This document shows, one piece after another, positions 16,321 through 26,379 of a DNA stretch of 32,000 bases. The notes under the pieces were generated by a model, which was not told the origin of the DNA, made no database searches, and was given only the letters and a program-made list of their open reading frames with translations. Source of the DNA: Flagellatimonas centrodinii (lineage in GTDB: Bacteria; Pseudomonadota; Gammaproteobacteria; Nevskiales; Nevskiaceae). The position numbers and the translations under genes are program-made. The stretch spans positions 79,160 through 111,159 of the forward strand of contig NZ_CP092105.1 in NCBI RefSeq assembly GCF_016918765.2, written 5' to 3'. How positions within the stretch are numbered: position 1 is the stretch's first letter; each line of letters starts with the position of its first letter.

Positions 16321-16932
16321 ATGAACGAGGCAGGGGGTAAGGGTGAAGGGTGGACTCTTTGGGCCAGTCAGGAGCTGGCCATCGCCCGATTGCAGCGATC
16401 GAGAGTGTATGTGGGCGCCTTCGGGGTGGTTGGCGTATTGATCCTTGGGATCTATATCACGCACCTCCATGGCAGAGTCGACTATCTGTCGACCAACCAG
16501 CTCATGTACTGCGTCGCTGACGGTGAAGGAATGTACCGTTCAACGCGCGACATTCCCGAAGCAACGGTCCTGAATTACGGGCAGCGGTTCCTGGCGAACT
16601 TCAAGCAATACGACTCCTCGACCGTAGATGTGAACTTCGCCCGGGCACGGGAAATGATGCGGCCGGACCTCGCGCTCAGCTACAAGCCGGCAATGGATCA
16701 GGAGGCGGCACGTATCCGCCGGCTGTCACTCTCGCAATGGTTCACCCCGTTGAATGAAACCCTCACGGAAACAGAGGGCGGTTTCATATTTACGGTACAG
16801 GGGCGGATCGGCGGCTACACCGGCTCCACTCCATTAAAGCCTGCGGAGACGACCGTCCGGATCGAAATGCAACGCGTCGTGCCCAGTGAGGGGCGTCCGG
16901 AGGGGCTGCTGGTCGTCAAAAGCAGCGGGTAA
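16321..16932 (+). CDS. Bitopic transfer protein (TraE/VirB8-like position)
   Basis: GAGGG RBS. A single N-terminal TM (VYVGAFGVVGVLILGIYI) followed by a ~150-aa periplasmic domain. Confidence 0.5.
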   Translation: MNEAGGKGEGWTLWASQELAIARLQRSRVYVGAFGVVGVLILGIYITHLHGRVDYLSTNQLMYCVADGEGMYRSTRDIPEATVLNYGQRFLANFKQYDSSTVDVNFARAREMMRPDLALSYKPAMDQEAARIRRLSLSQWFTPLNETLTETEGGFIFTVQGRIGGYTGSTPLKPAETTVRIEMQRVVPSEGRPEGLLVVKSSG

Positions 16933-16974
16933 GTGGCGCGTCTAAGGGAATTGAGTCCCTGACACAGAATTCTG

Positions 16975-17769
16975 ATGCTTCGCTACTTCCCAGTTCTCGC
17001 TGCATTGATACTCAGCTCGGTTGCGGGCGCCGCTGAACCTTGTGACCGGGTTCAACGCAGCGCGACTTGGTCGGGAGCCCCGCTCGACATCGCAGTTTCC
17101 CCGGAGGCCTACACGGAAGTCGTCTTCCCAGAGCCGCTGGCCGGGATACTTCCGGAGCGAGAGGATGGACTCCGCTACTTCGAGAATCCCTTCCCTGATC
17201 GATTGTTCTTTACTGTCGATGACCCGGAATACCATGCCATAGCCATCGTCCAGGGAAAAACCGGGCAGTCTTACCATCTCCGACTCGATGCCCGCAGCGG
17301 GTGCCCCGATTCGACCGTGAAGGTTCTGGCGAGGGGGACATCCGCAGTTTCGGCGGTGCCCGACGAACTGCAGCGGTCAACTCGGAGAAAGTTGATCGAG
17401 TACATGATCCTCGGCGAGACCCCTCAGGGATACGCGCGAAAGCAGATCACGGGTGATCTGTCAGACCGCGAGATTATCCGGCAGGGTTCTGTGGGGATCT
17501 ATCTCACCGAGACCTATAGGGGCGTGAACTACACCGGTTACGTGCTCCTGGCCGTGAACGAAGGGCGCACCCCCTACCGCGTGGCACTTGAGAGCATCGA
17601 TTTCGCCGCGCGTGGGTTGACTGATGCGGTAGGACTCGTGCGCGAGATTACGATGCAACCCTACGACTTCCGGCTCGGGCCAGCACCGGAGTACGCAGCT
17701 GATGCTACCGATCCGAGCCACCAGGGCCTGATCTACCTCGTTACGGACAACCATCGCCGTGACAGATAA
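16975..17769 (+). CDS. Secreted transfer protein (TraK/VirB9-like position)
   Basis: Signal peptide MLRYFPVLAALILSSVAGAA|EP. Called on size and on its position just upstream of the VirB10-like gene. Confidence 0.5.
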   Translation: MLRYFPVLAALILSSVAGAAEPCDRVQRSATWSGAPLDIAVSPEAYTEVVFPEPLAGILPEREDGLRYFENPFPDRLFFTVDDPEYHAIAIVQGKTGQSYHLRLDARSGCPDSTVKVLARGTSAVSAVPDELQRSTRRKLIEYMILGETPQGYARKQITGDLSDREIIRQGSVGIYLTETYRGVNYTGYVLLAVNEGRTPYRVALESIDFAARGLTDAVGLVREITMQPYDFRLGPAPEYAADATDPSHQGLIYLVTDNHRRDR

Positions 17770-19180
17770 TCCGAACGTCATCAAAGCGCGGGCCGCAAAG
17801 CAGAATTCGGCCGCGCAGACCAATACCTCACGCTCTAAGGTTTTCCTGATCGGAGGCGTGTGCCTTGCGGCTGCCTTCCTGTTCATGAAAATGGGCGGAT
17901 CTGACAGGGCGCCGATTCCGCAAGCTGGGCAGGCTGCTCCAACACCGCCACCTGTCGAGTTCGGAACAATGTCGAGCGAAGCTGCCGAGGCGCAAAGGCA
18001 GCTCGAACTGGCTGAACTAAAGCGGCGCCTGGCAGAGCAGGATCGAGTCTTGCAGACGCAGCGAAGCGAGTTCTCTCAGCAGCTCGAGGCAGTTGAAACG
18101 AAGCTCACTCGCGAAGTGCAGGGACTTCTCGAGGCGCTGGAGAGAAACTCGGAGTCCCGTGTTCGTAGTCAGCGTACCGGCGATCCGATGCCGAGCGGCG
18201 TGAGCGACCTGCCGCTACCACCGGGCGGCGGAGAGTTCGTGGATCCGCAGCTAACAGCGCAATCTCGGCAGAGCCCCTATCGAAGACTGGGTGGAGGCTC
18301 AGGCGGCTCAGGTGCATCGCTACCGTTTACAGCCGGGGCAGGCACCGCGGCGACTGGTGGAATGACAGATCCTCTGGCCAGCGGCGCGTTCGACGAGAAT
18401 GCGTCATTCGCAAGCCAGGCACGTCCCGAAGCAGCAGGCCCCGGAACACCATCTCCGGCGCGAACCACGGGGCGAACGATCAGAGACGGCTATACCCGAA
18501 TCCCCGCCTATTCCTTTGCCACGTTGCGAACCTTGCATGGCGTGCCGTGTCCTGTCGCAACTGGAATCTCCGGATCAATAGGCGGCCTTGGCACCACCAG
18601 TGCGCCAGTCGTGCTCCCACTGGTGTCGAGTTTCAAGGGGCCGCAGGGGCTTGAGTTTCAGGTTCCCGCAGTTCACTTGCTCGGCTTGTGCGAAGGGGTC
18701 GATAGAAAGCGGCCGACCGCCATGGTCAAGGTAGAACAGCTGTCCATCATTGATGAGGCTGGAACAGCGCATGTCATCGAGGTCAACGGCTATGTCGTCG
18801 ACGCACGCGACAACGATCTGGGAGTTCGAGGCGTCAAGGAGAGCGTCAAGGGCACGCAAATATCGCTCGCGCTGTTGGCAGCAGGCGTTGGCGCTGCAGG
18901 CAGCGGAATCCAGCAAGGGGCCACCGACACAATTGAGACTGCCGGCGGGAACATTCGGGAGGTGGTACGCGGCGGGCGCCTGGGGAACCTGATTGCCGGA
19001 TCGACCATCGGCGCTGGCGCGAATGAGCTAGTCCGCTACTTCCGGGAGCGCGGCGCAACCCTTTTCGACGTTATCTCGGTCGACGCAGGTACCGAACTGA
19101 GATTGATCATTACTGAGCCAATCGATTTGCCGATTGGTCACTCTGTTGTGGAGAGCATTGATGGCCGTCCGTTGCTGTAG
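17759..19180 (+). CDS. TraB/VirB10-like T4SS core protein
   Basis: N-terminal TM (VFLIGGVCLAAAFLF), a coiled coil (EAQRQLELAELKRRLAEQDRVLQ), a Pro/Gly-rich linker and a beta-rich C-terminal domain. The GTG start at 17759 is uncertain. Confidence 0.6.
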   Translation: MTDNPNVIKARAAKQNSAAQTNTSRSKVFLIGGVCLAAAFLFMKMGGSDRAPIPQAGQAAPTPPPVEFGTMSSEAAEAQRQLELAELKRRLAEQDRVLQTQRSEFSQQLEAVETKLTREVQGLLEALERNSESRVRSQRTGDPMPSGVSDLPLPPGGGEFVDPQLTAQSRQSPYRRLGGGSGGSGASLPFTAGAGTAATGGMTDPLASGAFDENASFASQARPEAAGPGTPSPARTTGRTIRDGYTRIPAYSFATLRTLHGVPCPVATGISGSIGGLGTTSAPVVLPLVSSFKGPQGLEFQVPAVHLLGLCEGVDRKRPTAMVKVEQLSIIDEAGTAHVIEVNGYVVDARDNDLGVRGVKESVKGTQISLALLAAGVGAAGSGIQQGATDTIETAGGNIREVVRGGRLGNLIAGSTIGAGANELVRYFRERGATLFDVISVDAGTELRLIITEPIDLPIGHSVVESIDGRPLL

Positions 19181-19478
19181 TGCCGCCTTCCTGATTCTTG
19201 CATTGGCTGGCTGCGCCAGCGATCGCGCCTTCCGGCCGATGGAAGAGGTCTATGACGAAGTGCATCGCCAGGGCCAGCGAGACGCTGTAGCCGTCTTGAG
19301 GGAAAGCCTTCGTGAGCGAATCGTGTACGGCGCGTCGGACCCATATGTGCCTCTGCGAGTGCCGGAAGAGATCGCACCGATCTGGATTCCACCTTACGTC
19401 GACTCTCGAACTGGACGCCGCGTCGACGGCCACTGGGAGCACACCGTCATCAGGAGATCCGAATGGTTCACTCGGTGA
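19161..19478 (+). CDS. Small lipoprotein (TraV-like position)
   Basis: Preferred ATG is 19161, with GGAGAG 6 nt upstream. Lipobox LALAGC|AS. Confidence 0.55.
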   Translation: MAVRCCSAAFLILALAGCASDRAFRPMEEVYDEVHRQGQRDAVAVLRESLRERIVYGASDPYVPLRVPEEIAPIWIPPYVDSRTGRRVDGHWEHTVIRRSEWFTR

Positions 19479-19954
19479 AGGGCACTGCTATATCCATTCT
19501 CGCCGCGGCGGGCCTGGTATCGGGCTGCGCGACCCGAGGCGACAGCGGATTTGCAGACGACTACAGGAAAGCACAGATCAGGCAGACAGCCATGCGGAGT
19601 ATCGTGGCGCGGCCTGCGGCTGATGGTGAGTTACGCGAAAAGCCCCTCATTTCTGGTCCATTGAATCCGTCGACAACTGGACCCCACACCGCCCCAATGA
19701 TCCTTCCACCGCCGGTGTCGGCTAGGCTCACGGCGATGATGAAGGTGTCAGAGCTGGTGACCCTGTGGGGAATGAGCATCGGCTACACGCCCGTCATCAC
19801 CTCGAAGGCTGCGGGCGAGGCCATCCTGGGAAGCTTCGCCGAGGTGGACTTTACCGAGGTCGATATGGGGGGATGGATGGCGCGCAATGTGGGCGTGCGC
19901 ATTGATCTGATCCCCGAGGTTCGGATGATCCTCGTGAGTCGCATTCAAGCATGA
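19463..19954 (+). CDS. Lipoprotein of the transfer region
   Basis: AGGAG 6 nt upstream. Lipobox GLVSGC|AT. Confidence 0.55.
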   Translation: MVHSVKGTAISILAAAGLVSGCATRGDSGFADDYRKAQIRQTAMRSIVARPAADGELREKPLISGPLNPSTTGPHTAPMILPPPVSARLTAMMKVSELVTLWGMSIGYTPVITSKAAGEAILGSFAEVDFTEVDMGGWMARNVGVRIDLIPEVRMILVSRIQA

Positions 19955-22731
19955 GGACGTCGACCGCAAGCGAAATGCTGGGCGCGCTCGGCTACACGAA
20001 AGCCGTGCGCCTCGAGGACGCCATCGATATCTATACCTTCGTGGACAGTGGCGGATACTCGCTCACCGTTGACGGGCGAATGATGGCCATCTGGCGTCTT
20101 CCCAGCATTCCTGGTGATGGACTGACTGAGGATCAGCGCACAGGAATAGCCAACGAGCTGGCTCGCTTGATCGATCTCTACCCGGAGGGGTCTTCTGGGC
20201 AGTACGTGCGCTTCTCTCATCGCGACGTGCGGGACAAACTGACGCGATATCGTGAGGGAATCCGCCAAGAGGGCTTCCTCCCCGTCATCGGGAAGTCTGT
20301 CCTGGCAGTGCAGGAGAGGGCGGCACGCTTCGGCTTCTTCGCAAATGCCAAGCAGGGCGCCGAGCTTCTGGACCGGGTCAAGAAGATGGAGCTGGAAGGG
20401 GATGACGGCTCCGAGGTCGGCACCCCTGACCCACTTCCAAATCCGGGGATCACACGCGGCACAGTGGCCATGGTCGTAGAGCACTACCTGGTTTTTGCAA
20501 TGGACTCGTCACTTCGGGAGCGGCGGGGATTCAGCCAGGCATCTCAGGCCCTTCGCAGTCTTTTTGGGCTCTCTGACGGGGAGGCATTCATCAACCGAAT
20601 GGAGGCCGACGAGCACCGGTTCCTCGAGGCTGTCAGTGAGTTGGAGTTCGGAATGGAGGCGATCGGTCTAGCGGCCGAGCGTCAGAATGCGTCTGGCATC
20701 TGCAAGTTGCTCTACCGGATTCTGAATCCAAGGCGGTGTCTCATCGCTGCACCTCCAGAGCCTACACGCTTTGAAACTCTCGCTGACGCGCTGTCGTTGA
20801 CCGGCGTCCGAACGAGCATCGGATCCGCGGCGACTGGGACCACATTGAAGACCTCGCCCGAGTCATGGTCGTTGGATGGCTACCACCACTACGCAACCTC
20901 AGTCCGGGTAATGCCCGAAGAGACGCGGGCCGCAATGCTGCTCGATCCGATTCAGAAGACGGAGGGTGAAGGCTGGTGCACAGTCAATTGGTGGGTGCCG
21001 GCTCAAGGGCTATATCGAATGAATCTGCGAATCAAGGCGCAGATGCTGTCAAACCAGAAGGAGCTCTCGAAGTATCCGATCATTGCTCCGGACCCAATGA
21101 AGCTCGAGAAGCGCGACCAGGATCTGGCCTTTGTTGGCAACGCCATCAATCCAGAAGAACGGGAGTACCACAAGGTCGTTCGGACCTCTGTTCATATCGT
21201 TGCGCGCGACAGCAACGCCGGACGGGCAAAGCGCCGAGCCAAGCAGCTGGAGAAGTTACTCTGGAATAGCGGGTATCTTGAGCAGCTCCGCGGAGACGCG
21301 GTGATCCACCATAGCCTGCCGGGTAACTTCCGTCAGGAAGCCTCTCAGTTCATCGGTCGGGATCTTCCGGTCCTGAGTACGAACCTAGCGGACTTGCTTC
21401 CCATCTACACCGGTTTCAACGGGCTCGATGACGGAAAGCTGATGTTCAACAACAGCGTCGGGGAGCCGATCGGCTACGACCTGTTCACGCGGCACGCCAC
21501 TGCCGGGCACACGCTGATCTCAGGAGGCACCGGCACCGGGAAGTCGTTCCTGGCAAACGGGCTTATCAGTCAGAGCAGGGTGCAGGCCCCGACGAAGACC
21601 TTTGTGATCGACAAGGGTTTCAACTTCGATTCGCACACACGTGCGACCGAGGGGCAACTGATCGTGCTTGTGCCAGAGCCAATGGATGGCTACGAGCCAC
21701 CTTGTCTGAACCCATTTTGGATTGACGACAGTAAAGGACATCGGCAGCCATCAAGCCTTGAACTGTCCTACATGCTGAGCGTGCTCAACGCGATGCTGAA
21801 ATCCGGGACAACCGATGAGTCCGGCAGGACAGAGCCCGTGCGAAAGGAGGAGATGAACATCCTGATGGGTCATCTCACCGGTCTTTTCGCAGCAAGACAA
21901 CCAGGTGGCGAGCTGATCATGACCCACCTGATGAACAGTCTGCGCGCCAATCCCGCTGACTCCATATCAAATGAATTGGCCCGTCGGTTGGTCGACTTCA
22001 GTAGCGAGGGAATGTGGGGACGCCTGTTCGATGGGCCGCTCTCCGTGAACTGGGATGCTGAGATGGTCTGTGTCGAAACCAGCCTGATGGCCGACTCGCC
22101 GGCTATGGATGTGGTGATGCTGATCCTGTTCATGCAGATCGAGTCGTATGTGAAATTCAAGCTCCCGCGTGGAGTTCGCAAGCTACTCTTCATCGACGAG
22201 TCGTGGAAGGTACTGGCCAAGCCGCACCTCGCGAGGATCGTTGGCTCATTTTTCCGCGAGCTTCGCAAGTATCAGGGAGCAGTGGTCTTGCTCAGTCAGG
22301 GCCTTGCCGACTTCCGTGCATTGGTCAACGCCGAAGGCGGCGCAGACGACGGAATCATGATGAACACCCGACACTTCATCATGCTTGGAGCAAGCAAGCA
22401 GGACATGGATGACGCCGAGGCCATGTTTGCAATCACGCCAGAGGACCGTGCCATGTGGGGACGAAGTCGGAGCGCGATTCCTCAGTTCACCGAGTTCTTC
22501 TACCTACTTCGTCACCGGAGCAACATCAACGTGACAGCGTTGATGCGCTATTGCTCTGACCCGGCCACGTACTGGCTGTCCACCACCGAACCTGCAGAGG
22601 TGGACCTGCGCAAGGCCCAGTTCCAGAAGCGTTCGGACGAATCCGCATCGGACGGGACTGCCAACGTCATGGGCGCCGTCATTGCTCAACTTGCTGAGGA
22701 GTATCCCTATGGACTCAAGAGTGGCGGCTAG
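19951..22731 (+). CDS. VirB4/TraC-family conjugative transfer ATPase
   Basis: ATGA overlap with the upstream gene. 926 aa, Walker A ISGGTGTGKSFL, Walker B KLLFIDESWKVL. Confidence 0.85.
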   Translation: MRTSTASEMLGALGYTKAVRLEDAIDIYTFVDSGGYSLTVDGRMMAIWRLPSIPGDGLTEDQRTGIANELARLIDLYPEGSSGQYVRFSHRDVRDKLTRYREGIRQEGFLPVIGKSVLAVQERAARFGFFANAKQGAELLDRVKKMELEGDDGSEVGTPDPLPNPGITRGTVAMVVEHYLVFAMDSSLRERRGFSQASQALRSLFGLSDGEAFINRMEADEHRFLEAVSELEFGMEAIGLAAERQNASGICKLLYRILNPRRCLIAAPPEPTRFETLADALSLTGVRTSIGSAATGTTLKTSPESWSLDGYHHYATSVRVMPEETRAAMLLDPIQKTEGEGWCTVNWWVPAQGLYRMNLRIKAQMLSNQKELSKYPIIAPDPMKLEKRDQDLAFVGNAINPEEREYHKVVRTSVHIVARDSNAGRAKRRAKQLEKLLWNSGYLEQLRGDAVIHHSLPGNFRQEASQFIGRDLPVLSTNLADLLPIYTGFNGLDDGKLMFNNSVGEPIGYDLFTRHATAGHTLISGGTGTGKSFLANGLISQSRVQAPTKTFVIDKGFNFDSHTRATEGQLIVLVPEPMDGYEPPCLNPFWIDDSKGHRQPSSLELSYMLSVLNAMLKSGTTDESGRTEPVRKEEMNILMGHLTGLFAARQPGGELIMTHLMNSLRANPADSISNELARRLVDFSSEGMWGRLFDGPLSVNWDAEMVCVETSLMADSPAMDVVMLILFMQIESYVKFKLPRGVRKLLFIDESWKVLAKPHLARIVGSFFRELRKYQGAVVLLSQGLADFRALVNAEGGADDGIMMNTRHFIMLGASKQDMDDAEAMFAITPEDRAMWGRSRSAIPQFTEFFYLLRHRSNINVTALMRYCSDPATYWLSTTEPAEVDLRKAQFQKRSDESASDGTANVMGAVIAQLAEEYPYGLKSGG

Positions 22732-23164
22732 CGCCGTTCTTTCGCTGGCGCTGGCTATCAGCGCGTCGAATGCCTGGGCCGGGCCCCGCGGCCCGAAGGA
22801 GCGCCCTGGGGTGTCCGTGGCTACAGCTGAGGAGATGCATCGGCGAGCCCGAGAGGCGGCGATATCCGACCTTCGAGCTGTGGAGCGCAATCGGGTTGAC
22901 GACGCGTACAGGCGTGGGGTTACCGACACGCTCGAAGAGTTCCAGGGCCGGATGCGTGCGCGTCAGGGTTTTACCTATGAACCCCCGATCATCGAGTATG
23001 TCGAAATGCCGGCGCAGGTCATGAACGGTGCCCTCTACCCACGGCACAAGGCGCCAGTCATTGTCAGCCCAGGCCGTTGGGTCGAGACCAACGGCGTGCC
23101 GGTACCCATCGACATCAACCCTCGCGTGAGCGATACGCGGGTGGAGTACGTTGATGAGCAATGA
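22709..23164 (+). CDS. Secreted transfer-region protein
   Basis: Preferred ATG is 22709, with GAGGAG 8 nt upstream. Signal peptide MDSRVAASAVLSLALAISASNAWA|GP. Confidence 0.5.
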   Translation: MDSRVAASAVLSLALAISASNAWAGPRGPKERPGVSVATAEEMHRRAREAAISDLRAVERNRVDDAYRRGVTDTLEEFQGRMRARQGFTYEPPIIEYVEMPAQVMNGALYPRHKAPVIVSPGRWVETNGVPVPIDINPRVSDTRVEYVDEQ

Positions 23165-24494
23165 TCCAAAGGATGAGCCACGGAACCCGATCGACGATTT
23201 TCTTGATTCTCTTGACGATGACGTTGACAAGGATCCTCTGGATAGCGAGGTGGCACGAACGCTCGTCAATGATGTCGACGCCGGCGGCGATGCGCAGGTG
23301 CTGGCGCAGACCCTCGAGAGTGGTGAGGCCGAGGGCTCTACACAAGACCGTGAGCATGAGTCGAACGACAATCAGGGACCTGAAGTCGACACCCCTGCTG
23401 CAGCGTCCTTCAATAGTAATGTGACAGAGGCAGTCACCGAACCCGCGGTTGACCACGAGGGCGGCATAGTGGCGCCCGCGATGCCGCAGGGGCCAGGCGA
23501 CCAGTTTCGGGTCGCTGCTCATTCCGCAAAGAATGCGCTCAGCAAAGCGGCTGGCCTGGTCGCCGACAAGTCGGCGGCATTCTCCGGGCTGGTGGCAAGA
23601 GCGCGCCGTGCGCGACAAGTCGAGAGACAGGAGCCGATCGCGACGAAACCATCCACCGGTGACTCGGACACGGAAAGCCCGTCAGGGCCCCAGCGGATGG
23701 GCAGCACGAAGGCCAAACCGCACAGAAGGAATGCGGCCTTCGTAGTTTCCGCGGTCCTGATCCTCGCGGTCGCCGGGATCAAGCGCTGCAGCGAAGCGGT
23801 GCCACCTCCGCCCAACGCGGAAACCCTGTCGAGCCCGGATCTGAAGCCGGTTCCCGAGCAGAGTGTCGAAGACAACGGAATCGAGCTGCCCCCGCTGGAG
23901 CCACAGCGCGATGATTCTCTCGATTTGCTACCCGAGGTTACGGCAGCGACTGATATGGGTGATCCACACCAGTACCAGTCCATAGCGTTCGGCCCCCTTG
24001 GCGCCTCGGCCCGCGCAGAGGGCGCAGAGGGCGCAGAGGGCGCAGAGGGCGCAGAGGGCGCGGCCCAGTCTGAGAGCCGCTCCAGTGAAGTGACGCCAGA
24101 TCAACCAGCTCAGGATTCCGATGATCAGATTGGCGAGGCCGGTTTGACAACGGCTGCGCCGGAGGCCAGTCCGGCTCCGACAGCGGCGCCCAGCCCGCCC
24201 CCGAAGGAGAAACCGCAAACCAAGACCGCCATACCGGGCAAAGCGGTGACACCGACGCCGGGAGTCCGGCGTCCACGCGATGCGACCAACGTGAAACCGG
24301 ATATCAGGATCGGTGCGATCGTTGCTGCATCGGGTTGTTGGAACTGTGCACCGTCCGTGCTCGTGCTTCACGAGGCGGGGCGCGACGTCGTCGCCGCCGG
24401 CGATCAGTGGAAGGGCTATACCGTTTCGGTTTTCGGGGATCGGGTCACGCTGTCGTCTAAGACTGGGAGTTGGAGTTTCCTTCCGGAGCGGTGA
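23151..24494 (+). CDS. Acidic / Pro-Ala-rich bitopic membrane protein with an internal AEG x5 repeat
   Basis: Asp/Glu-rich N-terminus, a central TM (AAFVVSAVLILAVAGI), a long P/A/E/S/T low-complexity region and a small C-terminal globular segment. Confidence 0.55.
   Translation: MMSNDPKDEPRNPIDDFLDSLDDDVDKDPLDSEVARTLVNDVDAGGDAQVLAQTLESGEAEGSTQDREHESNDNQGPEVDTPAAASFNSNVTEAVTEPAVDHEGGIVAPAMPQGPGDQFRVAAHSAKNALSKAAGLVADKSAAFSGLVARARRARQVERQEPIATKPSTGDSDTESPSGPQRMGSTKAKPHRRNAAFVVSAVLILAVAGIKRCSEAVPPPPNAETLSSPDLKPVPEQSVEDNGIELPPLEPQRDDSLDLLPEVTAATDMGDPHQYQSIAFGPLGASARAEGAEGAEGAEGAEGAAQSESRSSEVTPDQPAQDSDDQIGEAGLTTAAPEASPAPTAAPSPPPKEKPQTKTAIPGKAVTPTPGVRRPRDATNVKPDIRIGAIVAASGCWNCAPSVLVLHEAGRDVVAAGDQWKGYTVSVFGDRVTLSSKTGSWSFLPER
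24015..24059 (+). repeat. Five perfect tandem copies of the 9-bp unit GCAGAGGGC, in frame (Ala-Glu-Gly x5)
   Basis: Read directly. The first unit begins on a codon boundary of the 23151 ORF. Confidence 0.9.
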
Positions 24495-24877
24495 TGAACC
24501 CTGATGCGCTCGTGCAGTGTGCCCAAGAATGCCTGAACCGCGTGGTTCGGCGGCACTTTCGCACGCGTCTTGAGGTTAGGGTCGAGATCGGAGTGCCAAA
24601 GGCGCAGAAGGTGGTCCCGCTGAATGTGTCGCAGCCAACTGATGAACCGCAGCCAATGCGGCGCATGATCTGCAGCATCGAGGGCGACCCGATACGCCGG
24701 GTCGTGCGGCTTCACCCCCAGCTAGCGGTGTCTCGGGTGCCGCGCTACGTACTGGTAAACCTTCTGTACTACACGGTTGAGCCGTTCATCGTGGGCAGCC
24801 ACCCAGATGGGTATGCACCGCGTGATCGAGACCGGGCGAATGCATGGCTGGAGCGGCATGAGTTTCCACCAATCTAG
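24494..24877 (+). CDS. Hypothetical transfer-region protein (127 aa)
   Basis: TGATG overlap with the upstream gene. Same strand as the operon. A competing minus-strand ORF (24416-24715) was judged a shadow ORF. Confidence 0.45.
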   Translation: MNPDALVQCAQECLNRVVRRHFRTRLEVRVEIGVPKAQKVVPLNVSQPTDEPQPMRRMICSIEGDPIRRVVRLHPQLAVSRVPRYVLVNLLYYTVEPFIVGSHPDGYAPRDRDRANAWLERHEFPPI

Positions 24878-25487
24878 ACCGTTGCGGGTGGCTTTTGCCC
24901 TTGCCTCACTCATATGGGTGCAACTGGCATTTGCTCATCCTCTCGTGGCACAGGTCGCAGGGATCTATGGGCTCGACGAGCGGCTGCTACGCGCAGTCCT
25001 GATGACCGAGAGTCGTGGTCATCCGTGGACCCTGAATGTACAAGGTGAGTCCTTCTTCCTTGGCAGTCGCGACGAAGCAGCTGCACTTGTGAAGCACGTG
25101 CAATTAAATCCGTGGCTTGTCCGGTACCGGCCGCGGAGTGGAGGCAAGGCGGTTCGCTGGTTCCTGCCAACGGAACAGGCAGCCAAGCTCCACGCATCCA
25201 CACTACCGGGGGACAGGACGTCTATTCGCCGGGTAAATCCGAGGATGATCGATATCGGCCTGATGCAGATCAATCTCCACTACCACGGAGACAGAATGCC
25301 GAGCATTGAGCGGGCCCTAGATCCGGACTGGAATCTGTCATATGGGGCCTATTATCTGGCGTCTCTCATTCGCCGTCATGGTTCGATCGTCACGGGACTC
25401 GGCTACTACAACGCGAGTGACCCGACCAAGCGAATGATCTATTCGAGATCAGTATTGGCGAACTACGAGCGGCTAGCGCCAGGCTAA
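24858..25487 (+). CDS. Lytic transglycosylase (SLT domain)
   Basis: Preferred ATG is 24858, with a signal peptide (VAFALASLIWVQLAFA|HP). Catalytic-Glu motif LMTESRGHPW, plus IDIGLMQIN, AYYLASL and YYNAS. Confidence 0.75.
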   Translation: MSFHQSRPLRVAFALASLIWVQLAFAHPLVAQVAGIYGLDERLLRAVLMTESRGHPWTLNVQGESFFLGSRDEAAALVKHVQLNPWLVRYRPRSGGKAVRWFLPTEQAAKLHASTLPGDRTSIRRVNPRMIDIGLMQINLHYHGDRMPSIERALDPDWNLSYGAYYLASLIRRHGSIVTGLGYYNASDPTKRMIYSRSVLANYERLAPG

Positions 25488-25521
25488 CGGATTCCGGGCC
25501 GATCGCCCGTCTAAACAGGGC

Positions 25522-26379
25522 ATGAATACGATACGCCCTTCCTCATTCCGCCCAGTCATTGGTCTGGCGTGCCTCGGCGCCGTACTTCTGTGGGTTGGGG
25601 GCGGCATAGCCGCTGATACGCCATTGCCCCGTTCAGCGACGGAGACTGAACATCCGCTGCTGCGATGCGATCGCCTTCACTGGCTCAAGAACTGCGATTC
25701 CCTGAATGAGCAGGTCACCCGACACCCGTCGGCGCCGCTCAGAATGGTGGATCCAAAGGGTCTCGAGTTTCACTTCGCGCCAGGGACCCCGAGCGTAATA
25801 ATTGAGCATGTCCTCAACCCGTCGAAGGCGAGCGCCGAACGAGTGATCGACTACCAGAACGCCGTACTCGAACGAAACCTGCTCGCTGCCAGGTTCGCTC
25901 AGGAGGTGATGATGGAGCGCGGGCACAAGGATCAGTATGCCCTTCACATGGCGATGAATCCGCCGCAGGTGGTTGACCCAGGCATGAGGTCGATCCCACC
26001 CCCGAAGACGCAGCAGGCTGCCCCAGCAGATCGCCGCGCCCGGGTTGGCCGGGTACGGGCATGGCTGTTCTACAGCGCCTCCTGCCCAGCTTGCTCACTG
26101 CAGATAGCCGAGGTGAAGCGCCTACTTCGTCTCTACCCGGAACTCGATATCACGTTGTTGCAGATGGACGATGACCCGGACTTCCTGCGACGGCTTCGCG
26201 ATGTCGAAGGTCTCAAGGCGGGTCCAATTCCGAATGACCAGTTGGCGAGCTATCAGCAGAGGGTTCCGCTGACGCCGACTATCTGGGTAGAAAACAAGCG
26301 CTCGCGGGAAACGTGGCGGCTCGAGGGTGTAACTACCGTCGAATCAATCGAACGCGCGATCTTGGAGGCATCTGAATGA
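25522..26379 (+). CDS. Periplasmic thioredoxin-fold transfer protein (TraF/TrbB-like) with a CPAC motif
   Basis: Signal/anchor VIGLACLGAVLLWVGGGIAA. C-terminal FYSASCPACSLQIAEVKRL is a CxxC thioredoxin-like active site. Confidence 0.55.
   Translation: MNTIRPSSFRPVIGLACLGAVLLWVGGGIAADTPLPRSATETEHPLLRCDRLHWLKNCDSLNEQVTRHPSAPLRMVDPKGLEFHFAPGTPSVIIEHVLNPSKASAERVIDYQNAVLERNLLAARFAQEVMMERGHKDQYALHMAMNPPQVVDPGMRSIPPPKTQQAAPADRRARVGRVRAWLFYSASCPACSLQIAEVKRLLRLYPELDITLLQMDDDPDFLRRLRDVEGLKAGPIPNDQLASYQQRVPLTPTIWVENKRSRETWRLEGVTTVESIERAILEASE

Noticed and set aside
24015-24059. Possibility that the tandem repeat is a CRISPR array or mini-array
   Set aside because: The units are 9 bp, contiguous with no spacers, and in frame inside a CDS. 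It is a coding microsatellite-like repeat.
24416-24715. 99-aa minus-strand ORF overlapping the 24494-24877 plus-strand ORF
   Set aside because: The plus-strand ORF has a TGATG coupling overlap with the upstream operon gene and fits the uniform operon polarity. The minus-strand ORF has no RBS or partner.
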